From the NCBI GenBank assembly GCA_963667035.1, contig OY762964.1, positions 546,815 to 610,814 on the forward strand: a stretch of 64,000 bases of DNA, read 5' to 3'. Shown here piece by piece: positions 39,574-47,954 of the stretch. Every line of letters starts with the position of its first letter. Position 1 is the first letter of the stretch. The stretch comes from Candidatus Cloacimonadales bacterium. GTDB taxonomy: Bacteria; Cloacimonadota; Cloacimonadia; Cloacimonadales; JAFGVF01. Under the pieces are notes generated by a model. That model searched no databases and was not told where the DNA came from. It saw only the letters and a program-made list of their open reading frames with translations. Position numbers and translations under genes: made by a program.

Positions 39574-39730
39574 GATACGGCATGTCTCCTGACTTGAAGT
39601 TTACCTCCGAGCTCCCTTCCCATCAGTTTAATGACAGTGGTATGAACTCTTTGTTCCTTCTTACAGTAGCGGGGGCTGTTCTCGATTTTCACGAGATTCC
39701 ATCTTAGCTCTTCATTAGAGAACCAGTATC
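39574..39730 (-). promoter_or_regulatory. Cobalamin (B12) riboswitch aptamer
   Basis: The minus strand carries three conserved blocks in the canonical order: GGAATCTCGTGAAAATCGAGAACAGCCCCCGCTACTGTAA, then CCACTG...GGGAAGG, then the B12 box AGTCAGGAGACATGCC. A GATAC/GTATC P1 closes the structure. A candidate -35 TTGACT lies at 39764->39759. Confidence 0.85.
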
Positions 39731-39952
39731 TTGTTTAATGATTATTTGCTTCAAAATGAGTCAAGAAAATCTTACTGCTTTCTTCAATGTTTGCTCCATT
39801 AGTACAGGTAAGTTCCCATATTTCATTAATATACATTTCTTTGTAATATGTGCTCACATATTACCAGATACGCAAGGATCCTGCTCGCTATAAGACATGC
39901 CGGTAAAATGCTAGCGTACCCCGGTTTGTAGTGCAAGTGCCCTCACTTGCAC

Positions 39953-39976
39953 ATAGCTCGAAGAGCTATATTTTTT
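39953..39976 (+). terminator. Intrinsic terminator on the plus strand with no associated ORF
   Basis: ATAGCTC-GAA-GAGCTAT followed by A-TTTTTT. It is immediately preceded by a second 9-bp hairpin, GTGCAAGTG-CCCT-CACTTGCAC (39931-39952). Confidence 0.65.
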
Positions 39977-40316
39977 GCATACTTTGTCAGCACAGCAATT
40001 CAGGGGAGTCGCAGTACATCATACGAGTTTGCGAGTACAACGCAAAGCGATTACACCATGTTCCGATTGGAGTCGAACTCCCACCGGTCGTTTGGACTTG
40101 AGCTATAGACTATTACCTGTAGAACATCCTTTTATATATATTAGCTCACAAAATCCTCATTTTAGTCACAACATCCCCTTTTTTTTACATTTTGCATCTT
40201 TCATTTAGCATTTTCTCTTAATTTCTAATTCATATTCCTCTCTCTGCTCTAAGCAGTAACAATTGCTTTTAAATCAATTCTAACTTATTAATAAATTAGT
40301 AATTTCTTGATAATTA

Positions 40317-40371
40317 ACCCAAGGATTACCCAAGGATTACCCAAGTGTTTCACAAGTATTTCACAGGAATT
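40317..40371. repeat. Five tandem 11-bp repeats (ACCCAAGGATT x2, ACCCAAGTGTT, TCACAAGTATT, TCACAGGAATT)
   Basis: Read directly from the sequence. The period is 11 bp (one helical turn) and the array ends 55 bp upstream of a TTGACA box. Confidence 0.8.
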
Positions 40372-40426
40372 ACTGCAGGGAGATGAAGGAGAAGTAAAGA
40401 AGAAGTAAGCAGGTCGTGCATATTTC

Positions 40427-40453
40427 TTGACATACATGTTTCAGGGGTATACT
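40427..40453 (+). promoter_or_regulatory. Candidate promoter of the TPR/FG-GAP/ASPIC gene
   Basis: TTGACA (40427-40432), 15 nt, TATACT (40448-40453), about 30 nt before the start codon. It contains the recurrent TTGACA-NN-CATGT motif. Confidence 0.35.
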
Positions 40454-40483
40454 AGTCGGTAAGAAATAATACAGGATGTGAGT

Positions 40484-42781
40484 ATGAAGTATTCTATAGC
40501 CATTGTTTTTGTGATGTTAATGAGTTTTCTATTAGCCGGTGTTGGAGTGAGAATTATACCGGATAGATACGAAGAGTTAACTGAGGAATTGGAGAGAGGA
40601 GATGTTGATTCTCTCCGATTTGAAGAAATTAAAGAGATTATGAGGAAGGATTTCCCGAATACAAAGACTTCATTTGAACTTGTTAGTAATGAATTCTACT
40701 CTCTAATTAATCCTATCTGGACAAATGACTCTCTGAATGTATCAGTTCTATCAGGTATGCTTGAAAAGTATCCTCGGAATAACCGGAGAAGGACAATTTA
40801 CCAATATTACCTCTATTCATTAGCAAATCTACATAGGAATGAAGCTATTATGGATGCTCTTAAAAACTTTCGAAGAGCATTTAAGGACGATTATATTAGT
40901 TGGTATTTGAGTGCCAGATATTACAGCTCTTTGGAAATAGACTCTCTGAAAGCATTAAGCTATGCAGAGAAAGCATATTTAAAAAGCAGAAACTATCCAA
41001 AGCTTAAGTTCTATCCAAAAATGGAATGGGAGTTAGAGAAACGTTCAGCTCCTGTTAAATCAGCAACGTTATATGCGAATCTGCTCTTGAAGAACGGTAA
41101 TGATAAAGCAGCTAAAAGAGTGCTTAATGAAATAATAAAGAATAACGAGCTCGGTATTGAAGATGAAGAAACACTAGCCTCCTGTTACTATATATATGCA
41201 AAGTACTATGATAAGATTGGTAAGCCTAAGAAGTCGGCAGAACAATCAGTGAAGGCTCTTGTTGCAGGAGATTTACGAAACAGTTATGCTCCTTTGGCAG
41301 ATTCACTTTTGAGAAAAACAGAAGGTATGACTAACAGCACGAATGAAGAGGTACTCGTTAAAGCTAGGGAGTTGGCAAAATATAAAGGTGTAACATTCAA
41401 AGATGCTACTTCGGAATTGGGTTTGAGTGATGTCTCGGCTGGAAGGGTCGCTTTAGCCGATTACAATCTGGACGGCTATGTAGATATATTGCTAGACAAC
41501 GGTCATCTGTACAAAAACAATAAGGGAATAGGTATTGAAGATGTAACTTCGGAAGCATTCAATGGTAGCTTCTCTTCTGGTGGTTCTGTTTGGGCGGATA
41601 TGGATAATGACGGTGATTATGATATTGTTACAAAAGATCCAGAAGCTGTTTGGCTGAATAACAATGGAGTGTTCTCAAAACCGGAAAAGGATAACGGACT
41701 AAGTGATAACGGTATTTCGACTGAGGGGCTTGGTGTCGGTGATGTGAATGGAGATGGCTTGCCTGATATATATTATGCAAATTATGAAATTTGGACCGGA
41801 AGTAACTCCGAACCGTTCGCTGATCAGTATTATCAAAATATTGGGAATGGTAGATTCAAAGAAATGACTGCCGAAGCCGGTCTTTTGCCAGAAGATGGAA
41901 AACCCAGAGCCGGTAGGGGAGTGAACTTCGGTGATTTCGATAACGATGGAGATTTGGATATCTATGTTTCAAATTATAGACTTCAAGATAATTTCCTATG
42001 GCAGAACGATGGAACAGGCCACTTTACGGAAGTTTCGGAACTAAAGGGAGTGAAAGGAGATAAGGTCGACAATTGGTATGGTCATACTATCGGTTCACAA
42101 TGGGGAGATATTGATAATGACGGTGATTTGGATTTGATATGTGCTAATTTAGCTCATCCTCGTTATATAGATTTCTCTAACAAAACAAGGGTATACATTA
42201 ATAGCGGAGCTCCCGATTACACTTTCACGGATAGAAGAAAAGAGAAAGGTATTGTATACGAAGAAACTCACTCGGAACCTTTACTAGCTGATTTTGATAA
42301 CAATGGCTATCTTGACCTGTATTTAACTTCTGTTTATGATGGAAGACGTTCATTCCTATACATGCAACAAGAAAACGGTACATATATTGATAATGCTTAT
42401 TTAGCCGGAGTGAGACATTTCAACGGATGGGGAAGTGCTTCAGCCGATTTTAACAATGACGGGAAAATGGATTTTATTGTTTGCGGAGGAAAGATTCAAC
42501 TCTTTATCAATACTACCGAGATAAAGAATAATTGGTTAGAGATTGATGTTAAGCCAGGAGCTGAGAGAAATGTTATAGGAACCCGAATATTATTTAAAGG
42601 CAAGCATGGTACTTATACAAGAGAAATTGAAGGTGGAAAAGGGACAACAAATCAGAGTAGTCTGGTCCAACATATCGGTTTAGGAAAAGAGAAGAAGGGA
42701 GAGTTGGTAATAACCTATCCCGACGGGCAGGTTGTGAAGAGGCAGATTGAAAAAGTTAATAGAAGAGTTGAGATAGAATAA
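40484..42781 (+). CDS. Secreted TPR-like + FG-GAP/VCBS repeat + ASPIC/UnbV-domain protein (CRTAC1 family)
   Basis: Signal/TM N-terminus followed by a helical repeat region. It has multiple D.D.DG.D calcium-binding FG-GAP repeats (DMDNDGDYDIV, GDVNGDGLPDIY, GDFDNDGDLDIYV, GDIDNDGDLDLI, ADFNNDGKMDFIV) and a C-terminal ASPIC/UnbV-like beta region (NNWLEIDV...GGKGTTNQSS). I prefer ATG 40484 to the GTG at 40478. Confidence 0.75.
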   Translation: MKYSIAIVFVMLMSFLLAGVGVRIIPDRYEELTEELERGDVDSLRFEEIKEIMRKDFPNTKTSFELVSNEFYSLINPIWTNDSLNVSVLSGMLEKYPRNNRRRTIYQYYLYSLANLHRNEAIMDALKNFRRAFKDDYISWYLSARYYSSLEIDSLKALSYAEKAYLKSRNYPKLKFYPKMEWELEKRSAPVKSATLYANLLLKNGNDKAAKRVLNEIIKNNELGIEDEETLASCYYIYAKYYDKIGKPKKSAEQSVKALVAGDLRNSYAPLADSLLRKTEGMTNSTNEEVLVKARELAKYKGVTFKDATSELGLSDVSAGRVALADYNLDGYVDILLDNGHLYKNNKGIGIEDVTSEAFNGSFSSGGSVWADMDNDGDYDIVTKDPEAVWLNNNGVFSKPEKDNGLSDNGISTEGLGVGDVNGDGLPDIYYANYEIWTGSNSEPFADQYYQNIGNGRFKEMTAEAGLLPEDGKPRAGRGVNFGDFDNDGDLDIYVSNYRLQDNFLWQNDGTGHFTEVSELKGVKGDKVDNWYGHTIGSQWGDIDNDGDLDLICANLAHPRYIDFSNKTRVYINSGAPDYTFTDRRKEKGIVYEETHSEPLLADFDNNGYLDLYLTSVYDGRRSFLYMQQENGTYIDNAYLAGVRHFNGWGSASADFNNDGKMDFIVCGGKIQLFINTTEIKNNWLEIDVKPGAERNVIGTRILFKGKHGTYTREIEGGKGTTNQSSLVQHIGLGKEKKGELVITYPDGQVVKRQIEKVNRRVEIE

Positions 42782-42798
42782 AACATTTAGATATATAG

Positions 42799-42829
42799 AA
42801 AGGTAGCGGACTAATCGTCGGCTACCTTT
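42799..42829. terminator. Hairpin between the convergent ASPIC-family gene and azoR
   Basis: AAAGGTAGC...GCTACCTTT outer stem (9 bp) with additional inner pairs. The flanking sequence is T-rich on the plus side only. Confidence 0.5.
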
Positions 42830-42851
42830 ACTTCTATATTATATTTTTAAA

Positions 42852-43457
42852 TTACAGTTTCCAATGTTTCACAATAGAATCAATAGAATGTTGTGCATTT
42901 TGAATTGATTCATCTAACAGTGTTGGATTAGCTGTTGCAGCGTGAACGAAGTTGCGTTCTTTGATACCAATATAGTCCAACAGTATCTTGTATAGAGTTA
43001 CCACATTGTTCAGATACTCATAATCAGAGCCTTTTGGATAGTTACCGCCACTTGTATAGATGATTATAGCTTTCTTATCACCCAAAAGTCCGTGAGTTGG
43101 ATTTCCATAAGTAAAAGTTTCACCATTAAGAATGATAGAGTCCATGAACTGTTTAACCAATCCCGGAAGCGAGAAGTTATGCATTGGATGAACAAACACA
43201 ATCAAGTCAGCAGCTTTCATTTTAGCAGCAAGAGCTTTGAAAGGAACCATAAGCAATTCTGATTTTGAATCACCCATACCCATATTAATTCTATTATTGG
43301 CATTTATAGTCTCAGGATTGAAAATAGGAAGCTTGGTCTCAAGCAAATCCAATTCTTCAATTTCATGCTTTCCTATCTTATTGAGAAAGTGTTTATATAG
43401 TTTCAGAGTGTTCGAGTTTTCCCCGGAAGGTAGATATTTTACAACTAATAACTTCAT
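42852..43457 (-). CDS. azoR: FMN-dependent NADH-azoreductase / flavodoxin-like quinone reductase
   Basis: 201 aa that is colinear with AzoR. Matching regions are MKLLVVK..S.S..L at the N-terminus, ADLIVFVHPMHNFSLPGLVKQFMD, GETFTY and KKAIIIYTSGG. Confidence 0.7.
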   Translation of the reverse strand: MKLLVVKYLPSGENSNTLKLYKHFLNKIGKHEIEELDLLETKLPIFNPETINANNRINMGMGDSKSELLMVPFKALAAKMKAADLIVFVHPMHNFSLPGLVKQFMDSIILNGETFTYGNPTHGLLGDKKAIIIYTSGGNYPKGSDYEYLNNVVTLYKILLDYIGIKERNFVHAATANPTLLDESIQNAQHSIDSIVKHWKL

Positions 43458-43586
43458 TTTTATAATCTCCTGTCATTTTTGTATGACAATATAAACTGTT
43501 TTTGGGAATACACAAAAAACTCTCTTGCTTTATTAGGCTTTAATTTATTCTTTACTAAGTAATACTTAATTATTATCATTGAAGAA

Positions 43587-43616
43587 TTGACAGACATGTG
43601 ACAGGAATAATAATTA
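43587..43616 (+). promoter_or_regulatory. Candidate promoter of the small secreted protein/uvrB unit
   Basis: TTGACA (43587-43592), 17 nt, ATAATT (43610-43615). It contains the TTGACA-GA-CATGT motif. Confidence 0.35.
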
Positions 43617-43633
43617 GTCATGGAGCTGATGAA

Positions 43634-44113
43634 ATGAGATGGTCGAATAAAACGATGTTATTACTAGTATTAATAGTTACGATAGTGAATAGGCTAGCAT
43701 CTGAAACTTACTATTTTTATAAAGAACCTACTATAAGTAGTAACTCTGTAAAACAAGGTGAAAGAAACTTTGACTTAAAAGCTATCACCGATAGTTTTAA
43801 AGGTAATGCTTATTCCCAATATTTGGGATTAGATACACTCTTTGCTGAAGACTCTATGTTTTGGGGATATTATCAAGACAGTTATGATTTGTTTAAAAAG
43901 TATTACTTGGATGATATATATAAAACTACTTTACCGATGAATATAACGATAAGAGTAAATTTAAGCGGTTATGTACAAGATAACCATTTTATGTATTTTA
44001 GTATGCCACTGGATTTGGAGACTAATCCGGTTATAAGCAATGGTATTAAGTATTTTAGGGATATCTTTCTACCTAATTACAGAAGTAGTAGCAGTAAATT
44101 AAGAGGAAATTGA
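43634..44113 (+). CDS. Hypothetical exported protein
   Basis: I prefer the start at ATG 43634 (GGAG 9 nt upstream), which gives a signal-peptide-like N-terminus MRWSNKTMLLLVLIVTIVNRLASE. Its stop overlaps the uvrB start (ATGA). I recognised no motif. Confidence 0.5.
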   Translation: MRWSNKTMLLLVLIVTIVNRLASETYYFYKEPTISSNSVKQGERNFDLKAITDSFKGNAYSQYLGLDTLFAEDSMFWGYYQDSYDLFKKYYLDDIYKTTLPMNITIRVNLSGYVQDNHFMYFSMPLDLETNPVISNGIKYFRDIFLPNYRSSSSKLRGN

Positions 44114-46125
44114 TGGATAGATTTAAACTAACCTCTGAATACAAGCCCATGGGAGATCAACCGGAAGCTATAAATGAGCTTTCTGTTGGGATATTGGAAG
44201 GACGTAAACATCAGGTACTTCTTGGAGCGACAGGCTCGGGTAAGACCTTCACAATTGCTAATGTGATTCAAAAAGTTAACAAACCTACTCTTGTGTTATC
44301 TCACAACAAGACGCTTGCTGCTCAGCTCTATGGAGAGTTAAAGCAACTATTCCCCGAGAATGCCGTAGAATTCTTTATAAGTTACTACGATTACTATCAG
44401 CCGGAAGCTTATATACCGGGGAAGGACATATACATAGAAAAGGATGCTGATATTAATGACCAGATAGAGATGTTGAGATTGAGAACAACTATGTCTTTAA
44501 TGGAAAGACAAGATGTGATTGTTGTTGCCAGTGTCTCATGTATATATGGTTTGGGAGTTCCTGAAGAATATAGGGAAGCATTTGTTGAAATAAAAGTCGG
44601 TGATGAGATTGATAGAGATAAGCTATTGGAGAAACTTGTTAATGCTCATTACGGAAGAAACGATGTTGCTTTCCAAAGAGGTGCTTTCAGAGTAAAAGGT
44701 GATATAGTCGACATATATCCGGCTTACTTGGAGCAAAGCGTGAGAGTAGAATTTTTTGGGGATGAGATTGTGAATTTGAAGAAGATTAATCCCATTAATA
44801 ATAAAGTGCTGGAGAATGTGGACTCATACCCTATTTATCCTGCTAACCACTATGTGATGGGGAGTGACAGATCAAAGCAGGCAATACGATCGATAGAATC
44901 TGAACTTGAGCAGAGAGTTAAATTCTTCCATGATAGGGATATGTTCGTTGAAGGACAAAGAATTCATCAAAGAACTAAATATGACCTCGAGATGTTAAAA
45001 GAGATTGGGTATTGCTCGGGGATTGAGAATTATGCCAGACATATTAGCGGAACAGAACCCGGAGCAACTCCATACTGTCTTTTAGACTACTTTCCTAAAG
45101 ATTTTCTCATGGTTATTGATGAATCGCATGTTACAGTTTCTCAAGTTAGAGCAATGTATGCTGGGGATTATTCAAGAAAAAAGAATCTGGTGGACTACGG
45201 ATTTAGATTACCATCTGCCTTCGATAACAGACCACTTAAATTTGATGAGTTTGAAGAACATATACATCAGGTAGTCTTTATGTCTGCAACTCCCGGGGAT
45301 TATGAATTGGATAAAACAAAAGGCGTGATTGTTGAACAGGTAATCAGACCTACAGGTCTGGTAGACCCCGAAGTAGATATCAGACCGGTTGATACTCAGG
45401 TTGACGATATACTCGGAGAGATCAATCTGATGGTTAAGAGAGGACATAAATCACTTATAACCACTCTTACAAAGAGAATGTCGGAAGATCTCACTACCTA
45501 TTTACAGAACGCAGGGATTAAAGTTGCTTATCTTCATAGTGAAATCGATACATTCGGAAGAGCCAAAGTAATCAGAGACCTTAGACTTGGTAACATTGAC
45601 GTTATTGTAGGTGTTAACCTGTTAAGAGAAGGTTTGGATATGCCGGAAGTAGCATTGGTCGCTATACTGGATGCAGATAAAACCGGATTCTTAAGGTCAA
45701 CAAGGTCAATTATCCAAACATCAGGTAGAGCTGCCAGAAATGTAGACGGTAAAGTAATTTTGTATGCAGACACCATGACAGATGCCATTAAAGCTGCTGT
45801 CGGTGAAATGAATCGTCGTCGGGATAAACAATTGGCATACAATGAAAGAATGGGGATTAAACCTGAGACGGTTTATAAAACTGTGGAGCAGATTATGCAA
45901 TCTACTGAGGTTGCCGAGGGTTATAGCAAATACGATAAATCGGATAAAGATAAAAAAGAGAACAAGGCCGATGAACTTAACATGATTAATAATTCCGAGT
46001 CATTGTTGGAAATGTTAAAAAGTGAGATGAAGAAAGCAGCCTCTAATCTCGACTTTGAACTTGCAGCATCTTTAAGAGATAGAATCTGGGAACTTGAAAG
46101 TTTGCAAGAGCAAAAAGAAAAATAA
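44110..46125 (+). CDS. uvrB: Excinuclease ABC subunit B
   Basis: 671 aa with Walker A GATGSGKT, helicase motifs (DESH, LREGLD) and a C-terminal UVR domain (LDFELAASLRDRIWEL). Confidence 0.97.
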   Translation: MMDRFKLTSEYKPMGDQPEAINELSVGILEGRKHQVLLGATGSGKTFTIANVIQKVNKPTLVLSHNKTLAAQLYGELKQLFPENAVEFFISYYDYYQPEAYIPGKDIYIEKDADINDQIEMLRLRTTMSLMERQDVIVVASVSCIYGLGVPEEYREAFVEIKVGDEIDRDKLLEKLVNAHYGRNDVAFQRGAFRVKGDIVDIYPAYLEQSVRVEFFGDEIVNLKKINPINNKVLENVDSYPIYPANHYVMGSDRSKQAIRSIESELEQRVKFFHDRDMFVEGQRIHQRTKYDLEMLKEIGYCSGIENYARHISGTEPGATPYCLLDYFPKDFLMVIDESHVTVSQVRAMYAGDYSRKKNLVDYGFRLPSAFDNRPLKFDEFEEHIHQVVFMSATPGDYELDKTKGVIVEQVIRPTGLVDPEVDIRPVDTQVDDILGEINLMVKRGHKSLITTLTKRMSEDLTTYLQNAGIKVAYLHSEIDTFGRAKVIRDLRLGNIDVIVGVNLLREGLDMPEVALVAILDADKTGFLRSTRSIIQTSGRAARNVDGKVILYADTMTDAIKAAVGEMNRRRDKQLAYNERMGIKPETVYKTVEQIMQSTEVAEGYSKYDKSDKDKKENKADELNMINNSESLLEMLKSEMKKAASNLDFELAASLRDRIWELESLQEQKEK

Positions 46126-46349
46126 CGACAAATAAAACTAAAAGTTAATGGGTGTTCAATTGCAAGAGAATGTTAAGATCTCCCTTGGCTATCGCTAGCC
46201 TGTTTGTTAAAAAATGAGAGTTTAAACTAAAGCAAATTGACTAAATAATTACATAACCATCATATTCTCTATTGCTTAAATAAATTAATACCTTTGACAG
46301 TTCGTGCCTATGCAAAAACATGACACCAAATAAATTACTAAGGAAAAAG

Positions 46350-47954
46350 ATGACAAAATTTACTGACATGGCCTTGCCCGAACAGTTAATTCATGCTGTT
46401 ACTGATTTAAACTTTATTACTCCGACCGAGATTCAACAAAAGGCAATTCCATGGCTTTTAGAGAATAAGACCGATTTGATTGCTCTATCACAGACAGGAA
46501 CAGGTAAGACTGCTGCTTTCGGATTACCTCTTTTGGCTCGAGTTGAACCAAGAAACAAAAGTGTCCAAGCATTAATCCTCTGTCCTACAAGAGAGCTTTG
46601 TATGCAGATTACCAAAGACCTGGAAAACTATGGAAAATATACTAAAGATATAAAAATATGTGCTGTTTACGGAGGAGCTTCTATAATACGCCAGAAAGAA
46701 CAACTTAAAAAAGGTGTGCATATTGTGGTAGGAACTCCCGGACGTGTTTTTGATATGCTAAGACAAAAGGCTTTAAAGCTGGGTGGACTTGAGACATTAA
46801 TACTTGATGAAGCTGATGAAATGCTTAACATGGGTTTCAAAGAAGAGTTATTCAGCATTATGGAGTTTACTCCGGAGGAAAAGCAATCTGTGCTTTTCTC
46901 TGCAACAATGCCTAATGAAGTTGTGAGACTTGCAAGAGAATTCATGCAAGACGCACATAGAATAGAAGCAAGTCCTCAGATTAAAGGTGCTGAGAATATA
47001 AAGCATTATTACTATAAAGTTCATGCGAAAGATAAATATAAAGCACTTAAGAGAATTGCTGATATAAATCCGGACATTTATGGTATTGTTTTTTGTAAAA
47101 CTCGTAAAGAGACTCAAGAAATTGCTGATAAGCTTCAACATGACGGTTACAATGCCGATGCTATCCATGGTGATTTATCTCAAGCTCAGAGAGAATATGT
47201 CATGAATAGATTCCATAGCAGACACATTCAATTACTTGTAGCAACTGATGTAGCTGCAAGAGGTATTGATGTGGATGATTTAACTCATATAATCAACTAT
47301 CATCCTCCGATGGAAGCCGATATTTATATACATCGTTCAGGTAGAACTGGAAGAGCCGGTAAAAGTGGTGTGTCTGTTACAATTATTCATAGTCGTGAAA
47401 TGGGACAGATGAAAGCTATTCAACGTAGACTTGGTCGAGAAATTGAATGGTTGCATGTTCCAACCGGAAAAGAGGTTTGTGAGAAGCAATTGTTTAATCT
47501 GGTAGATAAAATTCAACAATTTGAGGTTGATGAAGAACAGATTGAGCCGTTTGTCGATGTAGTTTATAAAAAACTCGGATGGTTGAGTAGAGAAGACTTG
47601 ATTAAGAAATTTATTTCTGTTGAATTTGATAGATTCCTTCAATATTATAAAGATGCGGAGGATATTGACTATGAAGTTACTCCTAGATTTGAGCGAAATA
47701 GATCAGGAGTTGAATTCAAGAAATTCCAACTAAATATCGGGTCTATCGATGGACTCACAAAGAAGAATTTCTTAGGTTTCATTAATCGTATGAAGATAAC
47801 AAATTCTATTGAAGTTGGACAAATTGATATTTTTAATAAGAAGACGATTGTAGAATTGGATGCCAATTTCGAGGGAAAAATCTTGAAAGTGCTCAATACA
47901 AGACAGTTCAATCGTCGTCCTATAGTTGCAAAGGTATTTAAAGGGAGAAAATGA
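46350..47954 (+). CDS. DEAD-box ATP-dependent RNA helicase (DeaD/CsdA-like, with a DbpA-type C-terminal RNA-binding domain)
   Basis: It has the Q-motif, AQTGTGKT, PTRELC, DEAD, SAT and HRSGRTGRAG motifs. I prefer the ATG at 46350 (AAGGA upstream) because the candidate TTGACA at 46294 leaves too little room for the track start at 46320. Confidence 0.9.
   Translation: MTKFTDMALPEQLIHAVTDLNFITPTEIQQKAIPWLLENKTDLIALSQTGTGKTAAFGLPLLARVEPRNKSVQALILCPTRELCMQITKDLENYGKYTKDIKICAVYGGASIIRQKEQLKKGVHIVVGTPGRVFDMLRQKALKLGGLETLILDEADEMLNMGFKEELFSIMEFTPEEKQSVLFSATMPNEVVRLAREFMQDAHRIEASPQIKGAENIKHYYYKVHAKDKYKALKRIADINPDIYGIVFCKTRKETQEIADKLQHDGYNADAIHGDLSQAQREYVMNRFHSRHIQLLVATDVAARGIDVDDLTHIINYHPPMEADIYIHRSGRTGRAGKSGVSVTIIHSREMGQMKAIQRRLGREIEWLHVPTGKEVCEKQLFNLVDKIQQFEVDEEQIEPFVDVVYKKLGWLSREDLIKKFISVEFDRFLQYYKDAEDIDYEVTPRFERNRSGVEFKKFQLNIGSIDGLTKKNFLGFINRMKITNSIEVGQIDIFNKKTIVELDANFEGKILKVLNTRQFNRRPIVAKVFKGRK

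Noticed and set aside
39756-39902. 48-codon plus-strand ORF (MSQENLTAFFNVCSISTGKF...)
   Set aside because: It has no SD, overlaps the minus-strand riboswitch promoter and has no recognisable motif.
40060-40090. tRNA / tmRNA-like T-arm (minus strand GGGAGTTCGACTCC) suggesting a tRNA gene, a tmRNA or a tRNA-derived att site
   Set aside because: I could not build a cloverleaf. There is no D-arm, and the stem flanking a 7-nt T-loop does not pair (GGGAG versus CCAAT). There is no GGGG...5' end, tag ORF or CCA-proximal acceptor as in tmRNA. It is better described as an imperfect hairpin with a TTCGA loop.
39973-40201. Possible target-site-duplication-like direct repeat TTTTGCAT(A)CTTT at 39973-39985 and 40190-40201, bracketing part of the GC-rich block
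   Set aside because: The match is short and T-rich. The bracketed segment excludes the adjacent hairpins and terminator, which look like part of the same element, so a mobile-insert interpretation is not supported.
39975-40208. 77-aa plus-strand ORF (MHTLSAQQFRGVAVHH...)
   Set aside because: It has no RBS, starts inside the terminator T-tract, has odd composition and lies in the hairpin-dense region. It is most likely non-coding.
40317-40371. Tandem repeat considered as a CRISPR array
   Set aside because: The units are only 11 bp, directly abutting with no spacers, and no cas genes lie nearby.
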